A stretch of 64,000 nucleotides of DNA from assembly GCA_902579195.1 (NCBI GenBank), contig CACHFV010000003.1, positions 20,877-84,876 on the forward strand. Direction: 5' to 3'. A program made the translations under genes and the position numbers. This document shows positions 8,953 to 19,019 of the stretch, piece by piece (the stretch's first letter is position 1; every line of letters begins with the position of its first letter). Source of the stretch: an uncultured SAR86 cluster bacterium (GTDB taxonomy: Bacteria > Pseudomonadota > Gammaproteobacteria > Magnimaribacterales > TMED112). A model generated the notes under the pieces. The model did no database searches and was not told the origin of the DNA. It saw only the letters and a list, made by a program, of their open reading frames with translations.

Positions 8953-9558
8953 TTAATTTATATAAAGAGGTTCCCAAGTTTCTATGGCCTTATCTAAATC
9001 CATATTATTGTTTGCAAGATTATCTTGAAATTGATTGCGAAACGTTAACCCTAAGTTTATTCCATCAATAATTATATTGATTATTTTGTATTCTCCTAGC
9101 TTATTTTTATAAACACTAAATTTTGTTATGAAAGAATCAGAGCTAGATAAGAATTTGACTGAAACTTCATATGTTCGTTTATTAATTTTAATTTCATCAT
9201 TTGTCTCTAGTGTGTAATCCTCAAATTCAAGTAGGGTTGTAACGTATGTATCTAATAATAATTTTTTTGTCTGCTCTTCGAATGCAGCAATCTGCAAAGG
9301 TGTAGCACCTGCGTAAGCTTTTGAAAGAATTAACCTGGATACTAAGCTAACATCAACCATTGGTTCCCAAATATTTTTTAACCTAGTTTTAAATTTCTCA
9401 GGCTCATTATTATAAGTTGAACCTTCTTCTTTAATTACTGTCAAAAAATATTGTGCATTCTTATTAATAAATTCATGGATTTCTGGAATTTTTTCAGAAT
9501 AAAGAAATGATGAAAAAGATAGAACAAATAAAAATTTGGTTAAAAAAAATCGTATCAT
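8953..9558 (-). CDS. mlaC: MlaC/Ttg2D-family periplasmic phospholipid-binding protein
   Basis: Signal peptide MIRFFLTKFLFVLSFSSFLYS. About 200 aa with the same size and layout as E. coli MlaC. It sits immediately upstream of murA, the mla-murA neighbourhood of E. coli. The ORF track extends to 9669, but that extension overlaps kdsD and precedes the signal peptide. Confidence 0.6.
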   Translation of the reverse strand: MIRFFLTKFLFVLSFSSFLYSEKIPEIHEFINKNAQYFLTVIKEEGSTYNNEPEKFKTRLKNIWEPMVDVSLVSRLILSKAYAGATPLQIAAFEEQTKKLLLDTYVTTLLEFEDYTLETNDEIKINKRTYEVSVKFLSSSDSFITKFSVYKNKLGEYKIINIIIDGINLGLTFRNQFQDNLANNNMDLDKAIETWEPLYIN

Positions 9559-9577
9559 GTGTAGATTATAGTTTGAA

Positions 9578-10543
9578 ATGAAAAAAATTAATTTCCAAAA
9601 AGAAGCAAAAAAAGCTTTTTTATTAGAATTAGAAGAAATGAGGTCTTTCTCAAGCTCGAAAGATTTCAATGTTCAAGAAATATGTAATGCAATTTTTCAA
9701 TGTAAAGGAAAAATATTTTTAACGGGAGTTGGCAAGTCAGGACACATAGCAAATAAAATCTCTGCCACACTTTCAAGTACTGGCACACCTTCATTCTTTA
9801 TTCATCCAGCAGAAGCGCTTCATGGTGATCTAGGAATGATACAAAAAAAAGATCTTATCTTAGCAATCTCAAAATCTGGAGAAAGTAAAGAAGTTTGCGA
9901 CCTTATTCCTGCAATTAAATTTTCAAAAATTAAACTATGCTCAATAACAGAAGATGAGAAATCTAGCATTGCAGTAGCTTCAGATGTTCATTTGAGGGTA
10001 AAGGTCACTAAAGAGGCTTGTCCGAATGATCTGGCCCCAACATCAAGCACTACTGTTACTTTGGCTTTGGGTGATGCAATAGCAATTTCACTTTTAAAAG
10101 CTAGAGGATTCACAGCTGAAGATTTTGCAAAGTCACATCCAGGCGGAAAACTTGGTAAGAAATTAACTCTTAGAGTTAAAGATTTGATGACCCCTATTTC
10201 AAAAACTGCAAGTGTTAAGAAAACTGATACTTTATCTGACTTAATAGTAGAAGTTTCATCAAAAAAACAAGGTTTAGCGGTAGTTACAGATAAGAAAAAT
10301 GTTATTGGGGTATTTTCAGATGGGGACTTGAGAAGATGTCTTCAAAAAAATACAGATATTAAAAAGGTTTTAGTTGGCGAAGTAATGACAAGGAAATTTA
10401 AGACCATTAGCTCGGACAAACTTGTTATACAGGCTGCCAATATGATGAGTGAGCTAAAAATATTTAATCTGTTGGTTAAGGATTCAGAAAAGATCAAAGG
10501 CATAATATCTATGCATGATATTCTTGAAGCAAATGTTTTATAA
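9578..10543 (+). CDS. kdsD: Arabinose-5-phosphate isomerase (SIS + tandem CBS)
   Basis: CKGKIFLTGVGKSGHIANKISATLSSTGTPSFFIHPAEALHGDLGMI is almost identical in pattern to E. coli KdsD. There is a C-terminal CBS pair. Confidence 0.9.
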   Translation: MKKINFQKEAKKAFLLELEEMRSFSSSKDFNVQEICNAIFQCKGKIFLTGVGKSGHIANKISATLSSTGTPSFFIHPAEALHGDLGMIQKKDLILAISKSGESKEVCDLIPAIKFSKIKLCSITEDEKSSIAVASDVHLRVKVTKEACPNDLAPTSSTTVTLALGDAIAISLLKARGFTAEDFAKSHPGGKLGKKLTLRVKDLMTPISKTASVKKTDTLSDLIVEVSSKKQGLAVVTDKKNVIGVFSDGDLRRCLQKNTDIKKVLVGEVMTRKFKTISSDKLVIQAANMMSELKIFNLLVKDSEKIKGIISMHDILEANVL

Positions 10544-10913
10544 ATTCAATCTATTTTTTTTATTTCTTTTCTCTTTAAATGGGCCGATTGAAGCACAAGA
10601 GTATTCAATCACCTCCGATAAAATAGAAATAAATACCGATATTGATATGATCATTTATGAAGATAATGTTTCGTTTGAATCAGAAAATGTAACTTTTAAA
10701 GCAGATAAGCTGATCGTTATTGAGTCTACAGATGAGTTTTATGCAACTGGAAACCCGATTAAGGTTAGTTTTTTTGACGGGTATGAATTTATAGAAGGTG
10801 AAGCTGCAAAGGTCGAAATTAAAAACGACGATTTAATTTTGTCTGAATCAGTATCAATTATTAAAAGTGGCAATAAAATTAAATCAGAATCATTAGTCAT
10901 AAAGCTTAAGTGA
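10515..10913 (+). CDS. lptA: LptA-like periplasmic LPS transport protein (OstA N-terminal fold), short form
   Basis: Signal peptide followed by ITSDKIEIN..., NVSFESENVTFKADKLIV, ATGNPIKVSF and ILSESVSII..GNKIKSESLVI. These are the repeated beta-jellyroll motifs of LptA. It sits directly upstream of lptB. The likely start is ATG 10533 (MFYKF...). Confidence 0.6.
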   Translation: MIFLKQMFYKFNLFFLFLFSLNGPIEAQEYSITSDKIEINTDIDMIIYEDNVSFESENVTFKADKLIVIESTDEFYATGNPIKVSFFDGYEFIEGEAAKVEIKNDDLILSESVSIIKSGNKIKSESLVIKLK

Positions 10914-11623
10914 TGATAAAGATACATTCTGCTAATAAATCAATTGAATCTAAAGTTCTTTTCAAAAATATAGATTTTGAACTTGAAAATGAAAAAATTA
11001 CCGGGCTTCTTGGTGCTAATGGAGCAGGAAAAACAAGTCTTTTCAGGGCAATAGCAGGATTAGCTAAAATTGACTCAGGCAAAATAACTTTCTTTGAAAC
11101 AAATGTTACAAATATCAATCTTGAACAACGTTCAAATCTTGGTCTTAGCTATGTGCCGCAAGAAAATTCACTTTTTGAAGACTTAAGTTTAGAAGATAAC
11201 TTAAAATCTGTTCTCGAATTAAAGTTTTCCAAAATAGATTCTAAAAAAATTGAACAGATGGCTGATTTAATAGATCTAATGAATCTTAATGATAAGAAGG
11301 AAACACTTGCTAAATTCTTATCAGGAGGTGAAAAGAGAAAAACTGAAATCCTCAGAGCAGTATTGCTCGAAGCAAAATATATCCTTCTGGATGAGCCATT
11401 TGCTGGGGTTGATCCAATATCTGTTGAAGAAATTATAAAAGTTTTAAAGGAACTTAGTACCAACGTTGGTATTTTCATTAGTGATCACAACTTTAGAGAT
11501 GTGATTAATGTCTGTGATGAGATTATCTTATTAAATCAAGGAGAAGTTCTTTTAAAGGGCGATCCTAAAGATGTTAAGAACGATCCTCTTGCAAAAAAAT
11601 TCTACTTTGGCGATCTAAATTAA
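10910..11623 (+). CDS. lptB: LPS export ABC transporter ATP-binding protein
   Basis: Walker A GANGAGKTS, signature LSGGEKRK and Walker B ILLDEPFAGVD. It follows lptA with a GTGATG/TGA overlap. Confidence 0.85.
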   Translation: MMIKIHSANKSIESKVLFKNIDFELENEKITGLLGANGAGKTSLFRAIAGLAKIDSGKITFFETNVTNINLEQRSNLGLSYVPQENSLFEDLSLEDNLKSVLELKFSKIDSKKIEQMADLIDLMNLNDKKETLAKFLSGGEKRKTEILRAVLLEAKYILLDEPFAGVDPISVEEIIKVLKELSTNVGIFISDHNFRDVINVCDEIILLNQGEVLLKGDPKDVKNDPLAKKFYFGDLN

Positions 11624-11648
11624 GAGATTTATCTTGTAGAATAGCCCC

Positions 11649-12992
11649 ATGGCTATTAAAAACTTGGATTCAAAGTTCGAATTAATACAAAATACAATTT
11701 CGAATCCTGAATTTAAATCGAAACTTGGAAATATCATTAATGAAATGACTCCGAGTGAGCTAGCCTATGTGATTGAATCTTCCCCTCCACAAGAAAGAAA
11801 AATTATTTGGGATCTTATTCAGCTTGATTCTGAAGGTGAAGTACTTGGTGAGCTTGATGAAAATCTTCGTGAAGATTTGTTAAAAGGGATGGATCCAGAA
11901 GAAATCAAAGTTGCAATTAGTGATCTAGAAGTTGACGATCTTGCTGATATCCTGCAAACACTGCCTGACAAAATGACAAATGAAGTTTTGTCATTGATGA
12001 ACTCTCGAGATAGAGGCAGAGTTGAGAATGTCCTGGATTTTCCTGAAGAATCAGCTGGAGGATTAATGAATACTGATGTAATAACAGTAAGAGCCGAGAA
12101 TTCAATTGAGCTGGTAATGAGATATCTCAGATTTTTAAGGAACCTACCTAAAAATACCGATGATATCTATGTTGTAAGTAAAAATGATGAATATCTTGGC
12201 ATTTTACCAATAACAAAAATTCTTACATCTGATACAAATATGACAGTTAGAGAAGTAATGGATACTGAATTTCAACCTATCCAATCCAATACCAATCAAA
12301 TTGAAGTATTCAATTTATTTAAAACCAATGACCTGCTTACAGCGCCTATTGTCAATGAAAAGAATATGTTGGTTGGAAGAATCACTGTCGATGACATTAT
12401 TGAAATTGCAGCTGATGAGGTTGAGCAAGATTTTAGAGGCTTAGCTCAAATTGAAGAAGATATCTTTGCATCCCCGAGAAAATCTATAGAAAACAGATTA
12501 TTATGGCTTTCAATAAACCTTATTACAGCAATAGCAGCAGCAGCATCTATAAGTGTATTTGAAAATGTACTTGAAGAGATTGTATATGCAGCAATTCTAA
12601 TGCCAATTGTAGCTAGTATGGGGGGAATAGCTGCTACTCAAACACTTGGCATATATATTAGGGCTGAGGCCATGAGACAATTAAATAGAAAAAATATTAG
12701 ATACTTATTTAGACGTGAGTTTATCGTTGCATTGGCTAATTGTTTTGTTTTTTCAATTGCTATATATCTAATTACTGTATTTTGGTTTGGCAATTCCCTT
12801 CTTTCATTTGCAATATCAGCAGCGATGATTTTTAATCTATTAGCGGCAGCTATTTTTGGTTTTTCTTTACCGCACCTCTTAAGAAAGTTTGGTTACGATC
12901 CAGCTATTGCAGGTAGTGTAGTTATTACCACTGTTACTGATATTCTAGGGTTTGTAAGTTTTCTTGGAATAGTAAGCTTTATTGCTCTTTAG
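11649..12992 (+). CDS. mgtE: Magnesium transporter MgtE
   Basis: MgtE N domain (acidic helical region), a CBS pair (GGLMNTDVITV..) and a C-terminal 5-TM MgtE domain (PIVASMGGIAATQT, VTDILGF). Confidence 0.9.
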   Translation: MAIKNLDSKFELIQNTISNPEFKSKLGNIINEMTPSELAYVIESSPPQERKIIWDLIQLDSEGEVLGELDENLREDLLKGMDPEEIKVAISDLEVDDLADILQTLPDKMTNEVLSLMNSRDRGRVENVLDFPEESAGGLMNTDVITVRAENSIELVMRYLRFLRNLPKNTDDIYVVSKNDEYLGILPITKILTSDTNMTVREVMDTEFQPIQSNTNQIEVFNLFKTNDLLTAPIVNEKNMLVGRITVDDIIEIAADEVEQDFRGLAQIEEDIFASPRKSIENRLLWLSINLITAIAAAASISVFENVLEEIVYAAILMPIVASMGGIAATQTLGIYIRAEAMRQLNRKNIRYLFRREFIVALANCFVFSIAIYLITVFWFGNSLLSFAISAAMIFNLLAAAIFGFSLPHLLRKFGYDPAIAGSVVITTVTDILGFVSFLGIVSFIAL

Positions 12993-15036
12993 GCGTTATT
13001 GCTAAATTATCAATGTTCCCATTTACCTTATAGCTAGATTTTGAAATCTGAATTAGGTCTTCTTCCAGAATGTCTGTCACTACCACTGCACCTGCTGCTG
13101 CAGGAATGCCCCCAATTATTGCAACGTACCATGGGATGTTTTCAGATATTGTTGAGAAAAAATCTAAATCTAAGTTAAAGGTATCAAATTCCTCCAGGTC
13201 AGAAGTAATAATTCCATTTATTTTTGCATCACCAACATCAAAATTTAAATTGATTTCTTTGATATTGACGTATCCCTCACTATCAAAGTAAAGTTCACCA
13301 TCAAAATTGTCGACTACAAAGCTATCTTGATTAAGTCTTTCAAAGTCTGCTGATAAGAAATTTGTTAGATTAGATTGAATATCTATAAGAGAAAGTACAC
13401 GTAATGCTGGGATATTAAATGAAGAGTCGTTATAGCTTAGATTTTTTCCTGAAAGTTTAAGCTTGGCACCATATGATGCAATATCTCTAAACGATAAATA
13501 CCCATCAGAGGCCTTAATATTAAGATCTTCGTAATTTAGATTTATAAAATCAACAGTTTGGCTTGGTCTTTCTTTTAGAGCTAAATCTAAATTTATATTT
13601 CTTATACTCATTGAATTTAAATCAAAATCAAAAAAGTTTTCCGAGCCAGCATTTAGAGAAAAGATATTTGATTTAAAGTTTGTAGGAGCAATTCTAAAAA
13701 CTCCTCCCTGAAACGATAAGTTACTTATAAAATCAACTTCAATACCAACATTAGATATTCCAAAAAATAATTTTTGATTGCTTAGAGTAACTTTGAAAAA
13801 GTTTTCTTCATCTTTAAAGAGACCATTCACAGATGTAAGCTCACCATCTGAGTTAATACTGAAATTTAGAGGGATTTTGTTAGGCAAATTTGTAAAAAAG
13901 TTATATGTTCCCTGATTAAATTGATTTGATGAAATTATGTAATCACTTAGCAATGTATCATTGGCTTTCAATTCATTCCCATATATGACCAGCCTGGCAT
14001 TATCAGCATAAATATTTGATGAGGGTGAAATGAATTGCAAGTTATTGAATTTTATTTGAGAGTTTTGCGAACTCATTATTAAGGAATAATTATCAGACTG
14101 ATCAACTGATGAGAAATTAATCAAAACGTTAGCCTCAGGTGAATAAAAAGAATTTTTTTCCAAGAAATTGCTTACCTGAACTGCGGTTTTAGGAATTAAT
14201 TTCATCAATTTATCAGAAGGAGCATTAATGTTGAGATTGATCTGAAAATCATCCTCATACTCAAGATTGATTTTTGTTGATATATTTTTTCCATAAGATC
14301 TAAATATTCCTTTATCAATAGAAAAACCATCGGAAAAATTTAATGTTATAAATCCCTCAAAAAAATCGAGTTGCGTTAATTCCTCTAAAAAGGATAGTTC
14401 AAGCTGGCTCGAGTCTGATCTAATTTGAAGGTTTAATTTATCTGATTTAAATAAGCCGAATCCCTCAAGATTTGTGATTGATTTTAATGAACCTGGTAAT
14501 TGAATGTTTAAGTCTGAAAAATTAAAACCAAATTTTCCGCTTTGTGATAAAAAATTATCTAAATTGATATTTTCAAAGCTTGTGTTCCCTAGCTTTAGAT
14601 TTCTAATCAGCAAATCTTTTATAAAAATATCTGAAGAGTTTTCTTGATTACTTTCAAAATTCTCATTGGATGTAACTTCACCATTTTTGAAAGCAAGCAT
14701 CTCTAAATGGAGCCTCTGAGAAATTACGGAGTTTAAAAGGTTGAGCTCTAACTCAATCTCTTCCCCCTCAAATAATACTGCACTTGAGTAGCTGAAGTTT
14801 TCAAGCTTTACACTTACACCTAAAAGGCTTGGTTCAACTTTTGCAGATTGATACGTTAGAGAATCATCAAAAAAATATTCTTTGATTCTTTCTGTTCCGT
14901 AGCTTGTACTAATGAAAAGGGCTATTGAATAGAAGATAATGATAGCTATTGCCACCAAGTATAAAAAAATCCTGATTGGCCAAATTAAAAATTCTTTAAC
15001 CATTTGTGCCTCTGTGTCATGAATATTCCAGCCCAA
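12979..15036 (-). CDS. YhdP/AsmA-like large envelope protein (N-terminal anchor, C-terminal AsmA_2-like end), about half the E. coli YhdP length
   Basis: N-terminal TM segment (IRIFLYLVAIAIIIFYSIALFI), then a long Asn/Ser-rich beta-type region. The C-terminus is PWYVAIIGGIPAAAGAVVVTDILEE...YKVNGNIDNL. Its position just after mreBCD matches the E. coli mreBCD...yhdP neighbourhood. The likely start is ATG 15003. Confidence 0.45.
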   Translation of the reverse strand: MGWNIHDTEAQMVKEFLIWPIRIFLYLVAIAIIIFYSIALFISTSYGTERIKEYFFDDSLTYQSAKVEPSLLGVSVKLENFSYSSAVLFEGEEIELELNLLNSVISQRLHLEMLAFKNGEVTSNENFESNQENSSDIFIKDLLIRNLKLGNTSFENINLDNFLSQSGKFGFNFSDLNIQLPGSLKSITNLEGFGLFKSDKLNLQIRSDSSQLELSFLEELTQLDFFEGFITLNFSDGFSIDKGIFRSYGKNISTKINLEYEDDFQINLNINAPSDKLMKLIPKTAVQVSNFLEKNSFYSPEANVLINFSSVDQSDNYSLIMSSQNSQIKFNNLQFISPSSNIYADNARLVIYGNELKANDTLLSDYIISSNQFNQGTYNFFTNLPNKIPLNFSINSDGELTSVNGLFKDEENFFKVTLSNQKLFFGISNVGIEVDFISNLSFQGGVFRIAPTNFKSNIFSLNAGSENFFDFDLNSMSIRNINLDLALKERPSQTVDFINLNYEDLNIKASDGYLSFRDIASYGAKLKLSGKNLSYNDSSFNIPALRVLSLIDIQSNLTNFLSADFERLNQDSFVVDNFDGELYFDSEGYVNIKEINLNFDVGDAKINGIITSDLEEFDTFNLDLDFFSTISENIPWYVAIIGGIPAAAGAVVVTDILEEDLIQISKSSYKVNGNIDNLAITPKEQ

Positions 15037-15443
15037 ATCAATGCATTCATTAATGGATTTATTATTATCCTTGCTTCAATGTTCAAGTAATAATCATTTG
15101 TAAGGTTAAGAAGGATGTTTAAGAAAATGCTTACCAGCACGATCATTAATAGTTGTTCAAGCAATGACCTTTGTATCCATTTAATATTGGAAAAACTTAA
15201 GTAAGCACCAATTAAAAAAAACGTAATCGTGTAGGGCAGAGACTGGTTGCTAAAAAATAAATCGATGGCGAACCCATATAAAATAAATGAGTAAGTATTT
15301 GGTAGTTTTGATTTCAGTGTTGTTAGAAATAGGATAAAAACAACAAATAAATCTGGAGCCCAGACCCAGATGCTTGTTGAAAGAAAAATGTAGTTTATAC
15401 AAATAAGACCAAAGAGTGCCAAGAATCTAATAGGTTCAATCAT
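14985..15443 (-). CDS. mreD: Rod shape-determining protein MreD
   Basis: 152-aa polytopic membrane protein immediately after mreC, overlapping it by 8 nt. Confidence 0.7.
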   Translation of the reverse strand: MIEPIRFLALFGLICINYIFLSTSIWVWAPDLFVVFILFLTTLKSKLPNTYSFILYGFAIDLFFSNQSLPYTITFFLIGAYLSFSNIKWIQRSLLEQLLMIVLVSIFLNILLNLTNDYYLNIEARIIINPLMNALIWAGIFMTQRHKWLKNF

Positions 15444-16230
15444 GAAGAATCACCCTCTTATTCATTGATTTAAATGGGTTAAAAAATAATTCAATCTCTA
15501 ATGTTTCATTAAAAAAATCATCCTCTGTGGTAATTTTTTTTAATCTTCCAACAATTAAGCCTTCTGGATGGATACCATCAAATCCAGTAGTGAAAAATGT
15601 ATCTCCTATCTCATAATCAACTGCTTTTGACTCATTTTTACAAATGATAGTCATAGGCTGACCATTTCCATTGGCAATACAAAAAAAGTTTTTTGTATTT
15701 TTTATTGATACATATTCCTCTGGATCACTTAACAACCGAACCTCTACTTCGTCAGAAATAGTCCGAGTCTTACCAATAACAAAATCTCCTTGTGAAACCG
15801 AAAGTATATCTCCAACAATATTATTTGGATTTGATACATATACTCTATGTTTTTTACAACAATTAAAATTTAACTGATCAAAAGAAATGATGCTTGAGTT
15901 ACTCTGATCTTTATTTGATCTTACAACAGGGTTGTATGACTTTGAATTTTCTAAAGATTGTATCTCTAAGTCTTTCTCGTAGATGATATTTTGCAAATCA
16001 AGAATATCATTTTCTAATTTTGCAATTCTTTCATTTTCAAATTCCTGATAATCGCGCAATACTTGAGAGAGAAAATTACTTGGTATATTCAATAGGTTAG
16101 TTAGTGCTTTATTTGCTTTTTCATTTAGCTGTATTGAATTAGAAATTAGATTAAGAATTAATATTAAAAGGCTACCAAAAATAAAGGTTTGAATTTTCTT
16201 CTTTGATGGAAGAATATCACTTGACATCAC
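15436..16230 (-). CDS. mreC: Rod shape-determining protein MreC
   Basis: N-terminal anchor, a coiled-coil segment ([26 protein letters not shown]) and a beta-rich C-terminal domain ([17 protein letters not shown]). It lies between mreB and mreD. Confidence 0.75.
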   Translation of the reverse strand: MMSSDILPSKKKIQTFIFGSLLILILNLISNSIQLNEKANKALTNLLNIPSNFLSQVLRDYQEFENERIAKLENDILDLQNIIYEKDLEIQSLENSKSYNPVVRSNKDQSNSSIISFDQLNFNCCKKHRVYVSNPNNIVGDILSVSQGDFVIGKTRTISDEVEVRLLSDPEEYVSIKNTKNFFCIANGNGQPMTIICKNESKAVDYEIGDTFFTTGFDGIHPEGLIVGRLKKITTEDDFFNETLEIELFFNPFKSMNKRVILHD

Positions 16231-17267
16231 TCTTCAGCAAATAGATCGAAGTCTTTATCCATCAAGCCTAGTGCAATACCACCACCTCTAGCAACACATG
16301 TCAAAGGATCCTCAGAAACTCTGGTTGGTATTCCTGTAGATTGTTCAATTAGAGTATCAAGGCAATGCAATAAAGCACCTCCTCCTGTTAAAACTATTCC
16401 ATCTTGTGAAATATCAGCTGCAAGTTCTGGTGGTGAAAGCTCAAGCGCAGTTCTAACAGACCTCACAATTGCGGAAGTCTGATTTTCTAGGGCTCTGAAC
16501 CCGTCTTCTTTCTGAAAAACAACCAATTCAGGAATGCCTTCAGCAAGGTTTCGCCCTCTGAACTCATATGGTTCAAAATCTTTTTTACAGTTTAATGTTG
16601 CACAGCCTACCTGCAGTTTAATAAGTTCTGCAGTTGACTCCCCGATGACAACGCCAAATTTTCTTCTTACATAAGCTTGAATGGCCTCATCAAATTTATC
16701 GCCACCAACTTTTAATGATTCTGAATATACAATTCCATTAAGAGATAAAATTGCAACTTCGGAAGTGCCTCCACCAATATCAATAACCATGCTTCCTCTT
16801 GGCTTATCGATTTGAACTCCAGCACCTAAGGCAGCAGCAATAGGTTCTTCAATTAGCTTAACTACACTTGCACCAGCAGATAATGCTGACTCTCTTATTG
16901 CTTTCTTTTCAACTTGAGTTGCTTTAGAAGGCACACAAATAAGTACTCTTGGACTTGGAGATAAAATCGAATTATTCGAAACTTTTTTGATAAAGTGTTG
17001 AAGCATTTTCTCTGTGACATTGAAATCAGCTATAACACCATCTCTCAGTGGTCTAATTGCTTCCATTTGACCAGGAGTTCTACCAAGCATTTTTTTTGCA
17101 TCATGACCAACTGCTACAACAGTTTTTTGACCAATTCTTTCCTTTATGGCAACCACTGAAGGCTCATCAAGAACAATTCCATCCTCTTTTGTGTAAATCA
17201 ACGTATTAGCAGTACCCAAGTCAATGGATATGTCATTTGAAAAAAGACTGCGTAAAAACTTAAACAT
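16227..17267 (-). CDS. mreB: Rod shape-determining actin homologue MreB
   Basis: [26 protein letters not shown] and [10 protein letters not shown] motifs. 346 aa. Confidence 0.95.
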   Translation of the reverse strand: MFKFLRSLFSNDISIDLGTANTLIYTKEDGIVLDEPSVVAIKERIGQKTVVAVGHDAKKMLGRTPGQMEAIRPLRDGVIADFNVTEKMLQHFIKKVSNNSILSPSPRVLICVPSKATQVEKKAIRESALSAGASVVKLIEEPIAAALGAGVQIDKPRGSMVIDIGGGTSEVAILSLNGIVYSESLKVGGDKFDEAIQAYVRRKFGVVIGESTAELIKLQVGCATLNCKKDFEPYEFRGRNLAEGIPELVVFQKEDGFRALENQTSAIVRSVRTALELSPPELAADISQDGIVLTGGGALLHCLDTLIEQSTGIPTRVSEDPLTCVARGGGIALGLMDKDFDLFAEE

Positions 17268-17313
17268 TTCTAATATATCTCTATAATATTCAGAATCTTA
17301 TAGAATAAGGCTT

Positions 17314-17598
17314 TTGATGGATAAAATCGAGTTAAAAAATCTTTTATTTTTAGCAAGAATACATGCTGAGGAGAAGGAATACCTAGAAATAACTAAAAAA
17401 CTAACTAACACTTTTAATCTTATTGATGAGATGAATAACCTTGATCTTGAGGACCTCGAACCATTAAACAACCCTCTTGAACTAAACAATGTAAGTAGAG
17501 AAGACGAGGAAAAAAATAGAAATCAAAAGGACAAATTTCTAGACCAATCACCAGAGTCAGATGATGACCACTTCATGGTACCAAAGATAATAGAATGA
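17314..17598 (+). CDS. gatC: Asp/Glu-tRNA(Asn/Gln) amidotransferase subunit C
   Basis: 94-aa acidic protein upstream of gatA with a 4-nt overlap. Divergent from mreB, as in Pseudomonas. Confidence 0.8.
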   Translation: MMDKIELKNLLFLARIHAEEKEYLEITKKLTNTFNLIDEMNNLDLEDLEPLNNPLELNNVSREDEEKNRNQKDKFLDQSPESDDDHFMVPKIIE

Positions 17599-19019
17599 AT
17601 TTTAGAGAGCAAAGAGAGAACTTTAGGAATAAAAAAATATCAGCTAAAGAAGCTGTACAGGAAGCTTTAGGCAAAGTTGAAAATGATAAATTAAATATTT
17701 TTATTTCAAATCTAAAAGATTCTGCAGAGAAAAGAGCTGAAGAAATTGATAATAATTTTGAAAAATATAAAGATAAGCCTCTTTCAGGCGTACCCATAGC
17801 TCATAAAGATATTTTCTGTACTGAAAATATTCAAACAACCTGCGGATCAAAGATGCTTTCAAACTTTATTCCACCATATAGTTCTACAGTTACAAGAAAT
17901 TGTGATGAGGCTGGCTCTGTAATGATTGCAAAGACAAATATGGATGAATTCGCGATGGGCTCTTCAAATGAAACAAGCTTTTTTGGACCAGTTGGTAATC
18001 CATGGAATGACAACCTTGTTCCAGGAGGAAGTTCTGGAGGCTCTGCAGCGTGCGTTGCTGCAAATATTACTTCAATTTCAACAGGAACAGATACTGGTGG
18101 GTCAATAAGACAACCAGCAGCGCTATGTGGTATCACAGGCATGAAGCCTACCTATGGATTAGTTTCGAGGTGGGGCATGATCGCTTTCTGTTCAAGCATG
18201 GATCAGGCAGGACCTTTTGCGAGAGATGCTTTTGGTTGTGCTGCATTGCTTGATGCAATGGCATCATATGATGCAAAAGATTCTACATGTTCAAAACGTG
18301 ATGTAGTTAACTTTGAAAATGCATTAGCTAAAGATTTTGGAGCTCTGAATATTGGAATAATAAAAAATATTGAGGACTTGGGTATAAATAATGATGTACT
18401 CGAGGCATATGAGCACTCAAAAAGCGTTTTGCAACAACTTGGTCACACATTAAAAGAAATTGATTTTTCTGAATTATCATCTGGGATTTGCTCATATTAT
18501 GTAATTGCTCCAGCAGAATGTTCTTCCAACCTTTCAAGGTTTGATGGAGTTAAATATGGTTATAGATCAGACCAAAATAATATTTCAGAGCTGTATATGA
18601 AAACTCGCGCTGAGGGTTTCGGAGATGAGGTTAAAAAAAGAATACTTATTGGAACACATGTATTATCAGCTGGGTTTTACGATGCATATTACTTAAAAGC
18701 TCAACAAGTTAGAAGAATGATGAAAAATAAATTTGAAGACATATTCAAAGATGTAGATCTAATTTTCATGCCAACTACACTTGATCAGGCTTTTGAAAAA
18801 AATAGACAAGATTCAGATCCAAATAGAATGTACAAAGAAGATTTGTTAACTATTCCTGCCAATTTGGCTGGATTGCCAGCAATATCTTTTCCAAATGGCT
18901 TTAAAAATAACTTGCCAATTGGTGGTCAGTTTGTTGGAAATTATTTTAAAGAGGATTTATTGCTTAATACTGCAAACAAAATACAGGAGGTGACAGATTG
19001 GCACAAAATGACACCGTAA
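17595..19019 (+). CDS. gatA: Asp/Glu-tRNA(Asn/Gln) amidotransferase subunit A
   Basis: Amidase signature GGSSGGSAACVAA..GTDTGGSIRQPAA. 474 aa. Confidence 0.95.
   Translation: MNFREQRENFRNKKISAKEAVQEALGKVENDKLNIFISNLKDSAEKRAEEIDNNFEKYKDKPLSGVPIAHKDIFCTENIQTTCGSKMLSNFIPPYSSTVTRNCDEAGSVMIAKTNMDEFAMGSSNETSFFGPVGNPWNDNLVPGGSSGGSAACVAANITSISTGTDTGGSIRQPAALCGITGMKPTYGLVSRWGMIAFCSSMDQAGPFARDAFGCAALLDAMASYDAKDSTCSKRDVVNFENALAKDFGALNIGIIKNIEDLGINNDVLEAYEHSKSVLQQLGHTLKEIDFSELSSGICSYYVIAPAECSSNLSRFDGVKYGYRSDQNNISELYMKTRAEGFGDEVKKRILIGTHVLSAGFYDAYYLKAQQVRRMMKNKFEDIFKDVDLIFMPTTLDQAFEKNRQDSDPNRMYKEDLLTIPANLAGLPAISFPNGFKNNLPIGGQFVGNYFKEDLLLNTANKIQEVTDWHKMTP

Noticed and set aside
9559-9669. 37-codon N-terminal extension of the MlaC-like ORF
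   Set aside because: It would overlap kdsD by 92 nt and would place the signal peptide internally. The Met at 9558 gives a canonical signal peptide.
11624-11648. Possible Mg2+ (M-box) riboswitch upstream of mgtE
   Set aside because: Only 25 nt separate the lptB stop from the mgtE start. That is far too short for an M-box aptamer of about 160 nt.
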